Of a DNA stretch of 64,000 nucleotides, positions 13,661 through 27,649 are shown piece by piece. The position numbers and the translations under genes are program-made. The notes under the pieces are model-generated. The model did no database searches. It saw only the letters and a program-made list of their open reading frames with translations, and had not been told where the DNA came from. The stretch comes from Eledone cirrhosa (taxonomy: Eukaryota). The number at the start of each line of letters is the position of its first letter. Position 1 is the stretch's first letter. Where the stretch lies: the NCBI GenBank assembly GCA_964016885.1, contig OZ024745.1:3162001-3226000 (forward strand), given 5' to 3'.

Positions 13661-14044
13661 TTAAATAATAAAGAAATATTATTTATAAATGTATTAATTA
13701 TTCTAGAAATTTTCTTTGTATGAATTTCAACAACTGTAAAGAAGGGTTTCATAAGTTTCCTTTTGAAAATGTGATTTGTGTTTCAATAATTGTCTTCTGT
13801 TCCCTTTTCACACCATTATACAACAAAAAATTCTAGAAACCAATGGAATCAATACTGATGTAGTGTTTAGTGTCTGTTAATTTGGCAGCTAAGTATGTTG
13901 TAACTATCTTCAAGTTTTGATTTACATAAAAGAAATAAATGACCTTGTTTTTTCTACTATAAGGTCATATTTCTGGTTTCTAATTATGGAGCGTTTTGTC
14001 ACTTCCATTTTTCTTTCCGATATATTTCAAATTTTGGCAACTCC

Positions 14045-14255
<211 letters not shown>

Positions 14256-16147
14256 TATGTGTGTATTTGAAATTGTTCATGCAACAAATCTTGATATTTA
14301 TATGGAAAATAAAATATATTAATCATTTCTTTATAACCAGTTTTTCTTATATATATTGAATATATTGTTTTAGCTTTTATAACTACCATACATCTTTACC
14401 TCCTCAAATATTTATATTGCTGAAATTGTTCTTATTTTAATACTACTTGCACTTATCATCATCATCGTATATACATCCAGGACATGTGTTGGCAGGATTT
14501 TTATGAAGTAGTACTCTTGGTTGTTCTTCCTGATGCCAGCCTTTATTTGTGGTTGTGTATAGATGAACTGCTTCCACTGCAGGACATAAACAACAGCCAG
14601 TTGCCCAAGCAATACCAATGTGGAGTGAAGATACACATATATATAGTTGTCTTAGTTTTAATGTTGTCAGTGTTGCATTTACATCACTGCAATAATATAT
14701 TATGTTGTAATCAGTGTTAAGCACTCCACATCTGTTGTACCTATCTAAGTAAGATCTGGAATGGTATATATTACACACACATACACACATATTCTTCATC
14801 TACCAATTTCATGTACAGGGGATTGGTCAGTCCATTGCTGTAGTAGAAAACAATTTGCTTTAACAGCCACATGGTGAGATTGAACACAAAAATACAGTGT
14901 TTCAAAGTGAATGTCTGAACCATGCAGCCATGTATGTTTTAACCCTTTAGTTACCAACCTGGCCAAAACCTGCTCTGGTTCTATGAAATAGAGCCACCAA
15001 TTTTATAGGTTTCCAATTTAAATTAAAATTTTTTCTAACATAATTTTATATAAGAACCTTACATTAAGTTACTATCTTAGTAATGAAATATTACTATTAC
15101 AGAGACATAATGGTAGAAGGTTGGTAGGAATAAACAATATATCAACATTATTCTAAGTGTGTGTACATAGTCATATTGTATAACATACACTTTTCAGTGT
15201 AACATACACTGAAAAGAATCATTTTCTTCGAAGAATCATCTCCTACCCCTTCTATGACTGGTAAGAGGACATTATATTTTGTGTTTTGATTTCTAGTGAA
15301 ATAATAGAAATTCTGTTGACTTTGTCGGTCTTCAGAGTAAAGTTTTACACTGGTTACATAATCTTATTTCATTGGTATAAGTGAAATTTAGTACCTACAT
15401 TCCTTTCTGCCTGTTAGGTGAAATGATTGACAATAGTGGATTGGCAGTATCAGTAGTGTTGGGCAGTATGCTTTGTGGCATATAGGCATGTCCTTATTGG
15501 AGTCAATAAAATAAAGTACTAGTAACATACTAAAGTCAATTAAATCGACTCCCACTTCCCCAAAATTGTTGGCCTTGTGCCTAAATCAGAAACTATTTTA
15601 GTAGGCAGAAGAAAAAGAAAGTACATTTTTATACATGTATCAATTTAACCCTTTTGTTACTACATTTCTAATTATATATGTTGTCTATATGTTTGGATTC
15701 ATTTTGAAAATAATAACAAAAAGAAATTGGAAGAATTTAATAAAATCAACATTTTCATTAATATATTTGGGACATTACTTAACAAAGAAAATGATATAAA
15801 ATTAAGATCAAAGGTTTTAAGTATGAACATTATAAAATAGGCAATTTTGTATCATATTATTTGAGTGATTTCAATTAGGTTATCAAAATAGCTAAAATGT
15901 AGAAGGCTTAACTGACATTACCAAATGGTTCTAAATGACTTGAAGAAATTGAATAAATAAACTTATTGACATCTATTTCAAGCCAGTGAAACTTGAACAA
16001 ATTCTGTTGTTAGTCAAATACTTATTTTTCCTGAGACTCTCCCTAAGGATCTTATTGCTATTAGGGTTTGCTTTAAAATGGTGAAGAAAGATATGGAAGA
16101 AATGGACAGGTTTTTGCCAGAAGTATTATTCCCAGGCTCAAATTTCA

Positions 16148-16331
16148 GTGGCAGTATCGGTAGAGGGTCGGACACCATGCTTTGACGCATAGAGTTACGG
16201 CCCTTGCCATTCTGTGTTCAAATCTCGCTGAGGTTAACTTTGCCTTTCATCTTTACGGGGTCGATAAAATAAAGTACCAGTAATGTACTGGGTATTTGCT
16301 GGCCTTGTGCCAATAGTAGAAACAATTATTT
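16148..16331 (+). mobile_element. Family A SINE
   Basis: A-box TGGCAGTATCGG, B-box GTTCAAATC, conserved central domain and tail. Confidence 0.85.
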
Positions 16332-16342
16332 TAATGACTAAC

Positions 16343-16528
16343 GGTGGATTGGCAGTATCGGTGGAGGGTCAGACGCCATGCTTTCTAGCATAGTTATGTC
16401 CCTTTACGGTCTGAGTTCAAATCCCGCTGAGGTTAACTTTGCCTTTCATCCTTACGGGGGTCGATAAAATAAAGTACCAGTAATACACTGAGATAATTGC
16501 TGGCCTTGTGCCAAAAGAAGAAACAATT
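16343..16528 (+). mobile_element. Family A SINE with ~15-bp target-site duplication
   Basis: Full-length copy flanked by attttaatgactaac (16328-42) and attttaatgaataac (16529-43). Confidence 0.85.
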
Positions 16529-16900
16529 ATTTTAATGAATAACCTCCTAATATTGGTTATGAGAATATAGTATTTTTTGTGTTTACATCTATTAAATGAA
16601 AGTCACTCAACATTTACTGTTTACTGTCGTTTACAATCTGGTAATTTTAAAGAATATTTTTATACATCCCTTTAACACTATACAATTATAATTTAGACAT
16701 TTTTGCTAAAAACAAAAGCCAATGTCTAGGTTTATATAACACCAGTGATCCTACACCTTTAGCCTAATACTTTTGGACTTATTTCACAGGATTACTAACA
16801 AGTCACAGGAGTGTCACAAAAGACTTTAACACTAACAACAGAATAATGAAATATTAAAGAAGCAAATGATAATTACACCTTATTAGCAAAGATGAAGGCT

Positions 16901-17095
16901 GGTGGATCAGACAAATGGGTGGCGTTATTTGTTTCTTTATATTCTGAGTTCACATCCTACCGAAGTTAACCTTACCTTTCATCGCTTCCGTGGTTGATGA
17001 AATAAAGTACCAGTTAATTACTGGGGTAGATATAATTGACTTTCTCTTTCACACCAAAATTGCTGGCCTTGTGCCAAAATTAGAAACCATTATTA
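16901..17095 (+). mobile_element. Older family A SINE
   Basis: gagttcacatcc...cctttcatc...gatgaaataaagtaccag...gctggccttgtgcc. Confidence 0.7.
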
Positions 17096-17844
17096 GTAAA
17101 GATGTCAGTTTCAGTTAAGAACTTATACGAAATATTCAAAAGATTTGCTTTAATAATATGTAAGTTTTACAAAAAGACATGTAACTTATATGTAAAAATG
17201 GAGACCACTTTTGAACATTATTCCTTTACTTTTATCTTTTTTTTTTCAATAAGTAATTTAAAAGTTTTGAATTATATTACAATAATTTAATTGTTGCTTT
17301 CTAGTTTGATTTCATCTGTTTATGATGGTTGTAAGTGGTAAGCGTTAAACTTAGTGTTAAAAAAACTAATGTCCTAAGCTTGAATTACCATTGAAAATCC
17401 ATTAAGTTCACTCCAATGTTATAAGCAAATATAATATATATTTTATTTGTATTCATTTTTTAAATTTTATTTATCTAATTATATTTAGTGAAACTTCTTC
17501 ATTAGGAACTTTTAATGGCTGTGAAATTCGATTTGTTGAAAGCATTTGGAGAATTCAAATTTCATCTCCAATCCCTGGAGGGTTGTATTATATAGTTGTC
17601 AATTTCAAAACTTGAAGTTGTTTAACTTTTAGAGTGAAATTTCTGTAAGAAAGCAAAGTAATTTGTACAGATGTTTAACCATTATATAAACTCTTGGGTT
17701 TCTAAGTGCAAGTTATTTAAGTAAAACACATCATTAATTGTTTGAACATGTGAAGTAGAGTTGGGCTTTTATCTTATTCTTATTGTTTTCACAAATTAAT
17801 TTAATATTATTCATATGTTCAGTTCTTAGAAATTTAGGGCCCAT

Positions 17845-17847
<3 letters not shown>

Positions 17848-17901
<54 letters not shown>
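17848..17901. repeat. (CT)n microsatellite
   Basis: Direct reading. Confidence 0.95.
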
Positions 17902-17904
<3 letters not shown>

Positions 17905-18265
17905 TTAAAATGACAAATAGATAACTATTGTCGTTAATATTTTTTATTTATATTTTTGTGAAACATTTTTTCTCATGTGAATACAGTTTCATGTAGAGAA
18001 GTTAAGTAAGGTATGCTGATCTGGTAGAGGGTGCTGGTCCAGATATTGAAGTGAAGTGTGCCGTGAGGAATATGACAATGATGTGGAGAAGCTTAACGTC
18101 TGTTTATTGCTAAATGAAGACACAAACAAATTACTTTTAATGTACCTCTGCATGTCATAACAAAGATGCTTTATAGATAGAAAACATCTTTTAATGATAC
18201 ATGAAAGTATATAAATGAGCCAACAAGAAAGGTTCTGGAAATGATAGCTAAATCTCCTTTAAATT

Positions 18266-19155
18266 TCTGAAAAATAGAACAGAGGGTCATGTCTGAGATA
18301 GCCTGGCAAACCTGAAATATAGAACAGGGGGTGATATCTGAGATAGCCTGGCAAACCTGAAATATAGAACAGGGGTGATATCTGAGATAGCCTGACAAAC
18401 CTGAAATATAGAACAGGGGGTGATATCTGAGATAGCCTGACAAACCTGAAATATAGAACGGGGTGATATCTGAGATAGCCTGACAAACCTGAAATATAGA
18501 ACAGGGGTGATATCTGAGATAGCCTGACAAACCTGAAATATAGAACAGAGGTGATATCTGAGATAGCTTGACAAACCTGAAATATAGAACAGGGGTGATA
18601 TCTGAGATAGCCTGACAAACCTGAAATATAGAACAGGGGTGATATCTGAGATAGCCTGACAAACCTGAAATATAGAACGGGGGGTGATATCTGAGATAGC
18701 CTGACAAACCTGAAATATAGAACAGGGGTGATATCTGAGATAGCCTGACAAACCTGAAATATAGAACAGGGGTGATATCTGAGATAGCCTGACAAACCTG
18801 AAATATAGAACAGGGGGTGATATCTGAGATAGCCTGGCCAACCTGAAATATAGAACAGGGGGTGATATCTGAGATAGCCTGACAAACCTGAAATATAGAA
18901 CAGGGGTGATATCTGAGATAGCCTGACAAACCTGAAATATAGAACAGGGGTGATATCTGAGATAGCCTGACAAACCTGAAATATAGAACAGGGGTGATAT
19001 CTGAGATAGCCTGACAAACCTGAAATATAGAACAGGGGTGATATCTGAGATAGCCTGACAAACCTGAAATATAGAACAGGGGTGATATCTGAGATAGCCT
19101 GACAAACCTGAAATATAGAACAGGGGGTGATATCTGAGATAGCCTGACAAACCTG
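18266..19155. repeat. 44-bp minisatellite, ~20 copies
   Basis: Unit gatatctgagatagcctgacaaacctgaaatatagaacaggggt; length 43-45 through G-run variation. Confidence 0.95.
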
Positions 19156-19839
19156 CAATTGGCCAAGTGTGGTGAGTATGGCTACACACTTGACATGACC
19201 AAAACCAAACAGAAAGTGGTGGAGGTCAACCAGGGAGTGAGAAGGCTCAAGGTTGGATTAGATTGGATATTAGCATGTTAATGATATATATCATGTGAAA
19301 ATGTATTCTATATGTTGGAGATAGGAGGTAACTTAAAAAGTAGATAGATTTTAATCTAAGACCATTTAATTACACAGCTGACAAAGAATTACACTTGATA
19401 GGAAAAATGGCTTGTAGCAACTTCGAAAAACTGCTGTTTAAATGGTGGTAATAGTCTGCAATTAATAAATTGATTGAAAGTTGATTAAAAACATGTTTAT
19501 GGCAGCAAAGATTCATTTATTGTCTCTTTTAGAGTTTAATTTTTGATAAAGTTACTTTAAAAAAATTTTTTGGGAACAACATTGGTAGTGTTAATATAAA
19601 AGTTTAAGTTGGAAAATATATTGTAAAAACATTTAGGACAGATTTCTAAGATAACATTGTTTGTTGAGTGTTTGTGTACTGATTGGAGCAATAACAGTTT
19701 TATTTACGTATATATAGATTATTGATACAACCAAAATAGAAATGTTACACGACTGTACACCGATACTTTCTTTTCATTATTGTAATCACTTTTTAGTACT
19801 AAAGATCAAATAGTAAATTATTGTTACCATTTTAAGGGA

Positions 19840-20045
19840 GGTGGATTAGTAGTAGAATTGGTAGAGCATCGAACATGTTTTGTGGTATATAGTTATGCCC
19901 TTTTACATTCTTAATTCAAATCCTGCTGAGATTAGCTTTGCCTTTCATCTTTATGGGGTCAATAAAATACCAGTACTGGGGACAAATTGACTTTTCCCTC
20001 CCCAAAAATTGTTGGCTTTGTGTCTGAATCAGAAACCACTATTTT
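19840..20045 (+). mobile_element. Older family A SINE
   Basis: ttcaaatcctgctgag...gcctttcatctttatggggtcaataaaataccag. Confidence 0.7.
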
Positions 20046-20662
20046 ACCATTTTAACATCCATATGTTTTGTTGTAAGGTCATTTATTCTGTTTAATCTAT
20101 TTAAAAAAGGGGGGGGGGTAACTCCACGTGATTGAATGACTGCATGTTTTATCACTCTAATCAGTTCTTCAAACATTGCCCAATACTTTTAATCTTTTTT
20201 ATCTCATTTCATTTTTTTTTCCAATAATTGTAGCTTATCTCTTGTACTTTTCACAGTGAATGTTTTTTTTTTATGTAATGACTGATAGTTGACATAATTG
20301 AACACCTTCACATGGACTTTTGATTTGTTTAGGATGTGTAAGAAGTTCAGTGTCTGTACAGTTCGTCCTAGATTACCATTGATCAGAATGATTGATGTAA
20401 AAACTTGTTATAGTCAGAGGCATTCCACATTTGATCTCTCTCTCATATATATAATATGTGTGTGTGTGTGTGTGTAAACAGCATTGTCCAACCTTTTTTA
20501 ATGATAGGTGTGTAATTTGAGAGAATGCGTTTTTTGTATCTTTTAGTTGGTAGAGTGGCTGTATTGTGTAGTGTCTCATGGCAAAAATTTGCTGTCTGTC
20601 TCAGTTTGCCTGATGACCAAAAACTACCTCTTGTTTTATAGTTTGAGTGATTGGGAAAGTAT

Positions 20663-20858
20663 CTAACTCTTTAGCATTTAAACTGGCCATATCCGGCCAG
20701 AATTCTCTCACCTCTTTCTGTTCAAACTGGCCATAACTGGCCAGTCATACCTACATTAAGGTATTGTTCTTAAAATAAATAACATTAAAATCTCATAGAT
20801 TCGATATTATGTAAGATAAAGCCTTTAATATAGAGTAATATAAATGGTAATGAGTTAA
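20663..20858. mobile_element. piggyBac-like MITE family P1
   Basis: taactctttagcatttaaactggcc...aattctctcacctctttctgttcaaa, homologous to 41560-41780. Confidence 0.7.
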
Positions 20859-21499
20859 ACAATTTCAATTGAATTAAAAGAATAAATCTCTCTTTTTAAC
20901 TGTTTGATTAGTATTCACTAATTTTAATGAACTGTTTATGACTCATAAATTATATGAACACTTTAAGAATAGCATCAAACTGCCACTGGTTGCTCTGTCT
21001 ATCAAGTAACTACTCGCATCGAATAATCATCCCCTTAATAGATTTTGTTAATCTATCTCCGGCGAAATTTTTCTTTACACATTAAAAACATCATACATGA
21101 CAAAAAGTACATTACTAAAAAAATTACATACGTTATAAAATAAATATAATGGGTTGGAATCTCCATATGTAAACTAAACGACTAATTCTGGTTTTAAAAA
21201 AAATCAATGGAAACAACTTAGAAAAGTTATTGATTTTCCATCCACCCCACCCCTATTATTTGGGACCCGAGAATAATACATCCTTATCCATGTCTTTAAC
21301 CATTTGCTGTCTCTTTTGTTATGCTCTGTCTCATGTTACACCTGAAATGTGGGAGGCTTCATTTTATAATTAAACTTACATTTGTCAACAGAAAATAAAG
21401 GAGGATATTAAGTTAAAATCTCTGTAAAATGTTCAGTATTACTGTTAAATGGTACAGATGAAAATGTTGACATAATGTAGTTTTCTGTCCCAAACCCAG

Positions 21500-21760
21500 A
21501 GATTCTTCAGGCTGATGCTTATTCCGGTTTCTTCAGTGTTAAGCAACTGAGAGAACAAGATACTCCCCTGGGCAGGACACTAATCCACCGCAGGGATAAC
21601 TCCCAGCTATTGCCGGTACTCATTTTCAGCTGAGTTGACTGGAGCAATGTGGAATGAAGTGTTTTGCTCAAAAACACAATGTGTTATCTGCTCAGGAATT
21701 GAACAGATGACATTATGATTTTAAGTCAAACACCCTAACCACTAGGCCACACACCTTCAC
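21500..21760 (-). mobile_element. CORE-like tRNA SINE
   Basis: cagctgagttgactggagcaatg...tgttttgctcaa...ctaaccactaggccac is the reverse complement of the CORE-like domain and A-box. Confidence 0.65.
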
Positions 21761-21886
21761 TATATTATAGTATTGTTTCTTATTTGAAACCTTTTATTCA
21801 TTATGAAATATGAAAAAATTTAATATTAAATTTATAAAACTCTTTCTTATGTAAACCTGATATTTTGTTTCTTAACAGATATAACC

Positions 21887-22179
21887 ATGGAAAAAAATTC
21901 ATCTGGGGAAAGCAATGGTATAACAGAAGGAAATGCTACTTCGAAAGGATCTCCTGTAGCTCCAGAAATTCCAACAAGCACAACTAAGGAATCGGATAAT
22001 GCAGAAAATCTCTCAACAACAAGTGATTCTAGCAAGGTCACCCCTGTTCCAGTTACTGTCTCATCAACATCTTCAGCGAATTCCTCCCCTTCCCCCCCAC
22101 CAGAAAATAGCATTCCTTCAGAGGATACTGCCAGAAAAACTCCTGACATCTCACCAAGTGATAAATCTTCAGAATCAAG
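21887..22179 (+). CDS. GATAD2A: p66/GATAD2 NuRD subunit, coding exon 1 (Ser/Thr/Pro-rich N-terminus; exon starts at 21879)
   Basis: Acceptor ttttgtttcttaacag ends at 21878; Kozak-like ACCATGG; open frame MEKNSSGE...DKSSES; donor AG|gtgagt at 22180; phase 2 joins exon 2 in frame (AG+C=Ser). Confidence 0.8.
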
Positions 22180-22518
22180 GTGAGTTTCTAAACTTGTATA
22201 TGGTTACCTCTTCCCTCTGGCTATGACCGTGCTGGGACACCACCTATTTCTGTTTTATTACTTCTAAATTTATAAACTTCCCTGTTAGGGCTTTGTTTAA
22301 ATCCCATCCAGTCTTAGTTGTCAACCAGAAATAAAGTTGCTAATCTTGTTGGCTGCATCATTTATGTTCTTTGCCCCATATTTTCGTCAAATAATACTAA
22401 AAGTTGTATTTTTAAAAAATCAATAATAATTATTGATTGTGATTGTTTAGTATAGGATAATGACATGCTCTAATTTCCTTACATAAACATTTTTTTTAAA
22501 TGCAGAAAGTTTAGATTA

Positions 22519-22689
22519 AATAATTGTTTCTACTTTTGGCACAAGGCCAGCAATTATTCCAGTGTATTACTGGTAATTTATTTTATCGACCCTGTAAGGA
22601 TGAAAGGCAAAGTTAACCTCGGCGGGATTTGAACTCAGACCATAAAGAGCCGTAACTCTTTGCTACAAAGCATGGTGTCCGACCCTGTA
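22519..22689 (-). mobile_element. Family A SINE
   Basis: Reverse complement of the family A consensus. Confidence 0.85.
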
Positions 22690-22910
22690 TTAAATATATA
22701 ATTTTGGTTTCCTGTGTTTGTCTGAAATTCCTTTCATTTAATATTTTTCTATATTAGCTTCAGATTAGAGATGAAAGAGTATCCCAGTGTCTGTTCAACA
22801 TAGCACTTAGTAAACTGATGACACACAATATATGCTCGTTCAAGCTGAGCACTTAACTTCTCTGTTTGAAGACTGACCTGTGTTGTGAAAAGCCACATCT
22901 TATACAAGGT

Positions 22911-25900
22911 ACCTCTGATATGGCTATCATAGGATAGTCTAGCAGAACAGGCCAGATCTAGAGTCTCTAATGTGGCTATCATAAGATAGTCTAGCAGAAC
23001 AGGCCAGATCTAGAGTCTCTGATGTGGCTATCATAAGATAGTCTAGCAGAACAGGCCAGATCTAGAGTCTCTAATGTGGCTATCATAAGATAGTCTAGCA
23101 GAACAGGCCAGATCTAGAGTCTCTGATGTGGCTATCATAAGATAGTCTAGCAGAACAGGCCAGATCTAGAGTCTCTAATGTGGCTATCATAAGATAGTCT
23201 AGCAGAACAGGTCAGATCTAGAGTCTCTGATATGGCTATTATAGGATAGTCTAGCAGAACAGGCCAGATCTAGAGTCTCTGATGTGGCTATTATAGGATA
23301 GTCTAGCAGAACAGGCCAGATCTAGAGTCTCTGATGTGGCTATTATAGGATAGTCTAGCAGAACAGGCCAGATCTAGAGTCTCTGATGTGGCTATCATAA
23401 GATAGTCTAGCAGAACAGGTCAGATCTAGAGTCTCTGATATGGTTATCATAAGATAGTCTAGCAGAACAGGTCAGATCTAGAGTCTCTGATACGTCAATC
23501 ATAAGATAGTCTAGCAGAACAGGTCAGATCTAGAGTCTCTGATACGTCTATCATAAGATAGTCTAGCAGAACAGGTCAGATCTAGAGTCTCTGATACGTC
23601 CATCATAAGATAGTCTAGCAGAACAGGTCAGATCTAGAGTCTCTGATACGTCCATCATAAGATAGTCTAGCAGAACAGGTCAGATCTAGAGTCTCTGATA
23701 CGTCCATCATAAGATAGTCTAGCAGAACAGGTCAGATCTAGAGTCTCTGATACGTCTATCATAAGATAGTCTAGCAGAACAGGTCAGATCTAGAGTCTCT
23801 GATACATCAATCATAAGATAGTCTAGCAGAACAGGTCAGATCTAGAGTCTCTGTTACGTCTATCATAAGATAGTCTAGCAGAACAGGTCAGATCTAGAGT
23901 CTCTGATACGTCTATCATAAGATAGTCTAGCAGAACAGGTCAGATCTAGAGTCTCTGATACGTCAATCATAAGATAGTCTAGCAGAACAGGTCAGATCTA
24001 GAGTCTCTGATACGTCAATCATAAGATAGTCTAGCAGAACAGGTCAGATCTAGAGTCTCTGATACGTCTATCATAAGATAGTCTAGCAGAACAGGTCAGA
24101 TCTAGAGTCTCTGATACGTCAATCATAAGATAGTCTAGCAGAACAGGTCAGATCTAGAGTCTCTGATACGTCTATCATAAGATAGTCTAGCAGAACAGGT
24201 CAGATCTAGAGTCTGATTCGTCAATCATAAGATAGTCTAGCAGAACAGGTCAGATCTAGAGTCTCTGATTCGTCAATCATAAGATAGTCTAGCAGAACAG
24301 GTCAGATCTAGAGTCTCTGATTCGTCAATCATAAGATAGTCTAGCAGAAAGGTCAGATCTAGAGTCTCTGATACGTCCATCATAAGATAGTCTAGCAGAA
24401 AGGTCAGATCTAGAGTCTCTGATACGTCAATCATAAGATAGTCTAGCAGAAAGGTCAGATCTAGAGTCTCTGATACGTCCATCATAAGATAGTCTAGCAG
24501 AAAGGTCAGATCTAGAGTCTCTGATACGTCCATCATAAGATAGTCTAGCAGAAAGGTCAGATCTAGAGTCTCTGATACGTCAATCATAAGATAGTCTAGC
24601 AGAAAGGTCAGATCTAGAGTCTCTGATACGTCTATCATAAGATAGTCTAGCAGAACAGGTTAGATCTGATACGTCAATCATAAGATAGTCTAGCAGAACA
24701 GGTCAGATCTAGAGTCTCTGATACGTCTATCATAAGATAGTCTAGCAGAACAGGTCAGATCTAGAGTCTCTGATTCGTCAATCATAAGATAGTCTAGCAG
24801 AAAGGTCAGATCTAGAGTCTCTGATACGTCCATCATAAGATAGTCTAGCAGAAAGGTCAGATCTAGAGTCTCTGATACGTCTATCATAAGATAGTCTAGC
24901 AGAACAGGTCAGATCTAGAGTCCCTGATTCGTCAATCATAAGATAGTCTAGCAGAAAGGTCAGATCTAGAGTCTCTGATACGTCCATCATAAGATAGTCT
25001 AGCAGAAAGGTCAGATCTAGAGTCTCTGATACGTCTATCATAAGATAGTCTAGCAGAACAGGTTAGATCTAGAGTCTCTGATACGTCAATCATAAGATAG
25101 TCTAGCAGAAAGGTCAGATCTAGAGTCTCTGATACGTCAATCATAAGATAGTCTAGCAGAAAGGTCAGATCTAGAGTCTCTGATACGTCTATCATAAGAT
25201 AGTCTAGCAGAACAGGTCAGATCTAGAGTCTCTGATACGTCAATCATAAGATAGTCTAGCAGAAAGGTCAGATCTAGAGTCTCTGATACGTCCATCATAA
25301 GATAGTCTAGCAGAAAGGTCAGATCTAGAGTCTCTGATACGGCTATCATAAGATAGTCTAGCAGAACAGGTCAGATCTAGAGTCTCTGATACGTCTATCA
25401 TAAGATAGTCTAGCAGAACAGGTCAGATCTAGAGTCTCTGATGTGGCTATCATAAGATAGTCTAGCAGAACAGGTCAGATCTAGAGTCTCTGATATGGCT
25501 ATCATAGGATAGTCTAGCAGAACAGGTCAGATCTAGAGTCTCTGATATGGCTATCATAAGATAGTCTAGCAGAACAGGTCAGATCTAGAGTCTCTGATAC
25601 GTCTATCATAAGATAGTCTAGCAGAACAGGTCAGATCTAGAGTCTCTGATACGTCTATCATAAGATAGTCTAGCAGAACAGGTCAGATCTAGAGTCTCTG
25701 ATATGGCTATCATAGGATAGTCTAGCAGAACAGGTCAGATCTAGAGTCTCTGATATGGCTATCATAGGATAGTCTAGCAGAACAGGTCAGATCTAGAGTC
25801 TCTGCTACGTCTATCATAAGATAGTCTAGCAGAACAGGTCAGATCTAGAGTCTCTGATACGTCTATCATAAGATAGTCCAGCAGAACAGGTCAGATCTAG

Positions 25901-26513
25901 AGTTTCTGATACGTCTATCATAAGATAGTCTAGCAGAACAGGTCAGATCTAGAGTCTCTGATATGGCTATCATAAGATAGTCTAGCAGAACAGGTCAGAT
26001 CTAGAGTCTCTGATACGTCTATCATAAGATAGTCTAGCAGAAAGGTCAGATCTAGAGTCTCTGATACATCCATCATAAGATAGTCTAGCAGAAAGGTCAG
26101 ATCTAGAGTCTCTGATACATCCATCATAAGATAGTCTAGCAGAACAGGTCAGATCTAGAGTCTCTGATTCGTCTATCATAAGATAGTCTAGCAGAACAGG
26201 TCAGATCTAGAGTCTCTGATTCCTCTATCATAAGATAGTCTAGCAGAACAGGTCAGATCTAGAGTCTCTGATTCCTCTATCATAAGATAGTCTAGCAGAA
26301 CAGGTCAGATCTAGAGTCTCTGATTCGTCAATCATAAGATAGTCTAGCAGAACAGGTCAGATCTAGAGTCTCTGATTCGTCTATCATAAGATAGTCTAGC
26401 AGAACAGGTCAGATCTAGAGTCTCTGATACGTCTATCATAAGATAGTCTAGCAGAACAGGTCAGATCTAGAGTCTCTGCTACGTCTATCAGAAGATAGTC
26501 TAGCAGAACAGGT
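22911..26513. repeat. 52/51-bp minisatellite, ~69 copies
   Basis: Unit atcataagatagtctagcagaacaggtcagatctagagtctctgatacgtct; the 51-bp variant lacks the C in agaacagg. Confidence 0.97.
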
Positions 26514-27649
26514 TGGGTCTACAGAAGTATGGCTCAATAATAATCCTGGTTGTCTCATAGTAAGGACTAGCTCATGCCAACGTTCATCAGTTTAATTAGA
26601 TGACCTCCTCTGTGTCATGAACACCAGTAGCTTCACAGATGATCGACTATTAATTCAACTGCTCCAGTTAACGGAGAAATCCATAACTTTGCAGGTGTAC
26701 TTAGTCACATGTATTTTAGTCATTAGGAAAAGCAAAATGAATGCTTCACCTTTGATGGGAGGGGGGGGGTGTAAAGTTGCATATATTTAGAAGAATTAAG
26801 TGAGTTTTGTAGGTGAACTTTTGAGGATCTAAGTTGTTCACAATTTAGTTGTAATATTTGTTTCACTAATGATTGAGAAAGGTAAGACCATCACACACTG
26901 TTCTTTCTTAGAACACTCAAATTATCAATTATGTTGTGCCATACAGATTGCTGGTAAACTATATAACATCATCGTTATTTTAAGTCTGCTTTCCATGTCA
27001 ACTTGGATTGGTTGGTTTGTCAGAGTCCATGTCAGTTGATAATTGGAGCTACTACCATTCTAGACAAGTCAGAATCACCATTTCTCACTCATGCGTTCCA
27101 TTTTTGGCATTGTTACAATGACTGAGCGTCTTTCTTAACACCAGCTATTTTCAGAGTGTACTGGGTGTATTTCATAGCACCAACACTGGAGAGGTTGTCA
27201 TGATCCTGGCCTGACTATACCTCTCTGAGTTTATATTGCCTCCATTATTTAGAGAAAAATGTGACTGAGATGATGAAAAAAGAGACTATAAGTGTGTTGG
27301 TGAGGGGACAGTGATATGATGGTGGTGGTGGTGGTGGTGGGAAGAATGATTGAAGAGAGACTGATAGTTACATGTTGGTTGTTGGTAAGAAGATTTAATA
27401 GGGGATAGTAATAAAATAGAAAGGTAATGGTGGGAGTGGCAGGTGACAATGAAGTATCACATGGGTCATGATAAGATAGAGTTAGAAATGGTTAATGGTA
27501 GGTATATGTAGATATCAATAGAGAATATAAGAATGATGGCTAGTGGTAGAGAAGGGTGATGGTAAGGAGTACTGCATATGAACAGATGAAATGACATCTC
27601 TCATTACACAGACAACATGTTGGAGTGACTGCGATAATAAGTGATAGAG

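Noticed and set aside
18171-19189. 300-331 aa minus-strand ORFs
   Set aside because: All three frames are open because the 44-bp unit lacks minus-strand stops; no splice or homology support.
22911-26513. CRISPR-like array (constant block plus variable patch)
   Set aside because: The variable part is only ~7 nt of related variants, not unique spacers; no cas genes; eukaryotic intron.
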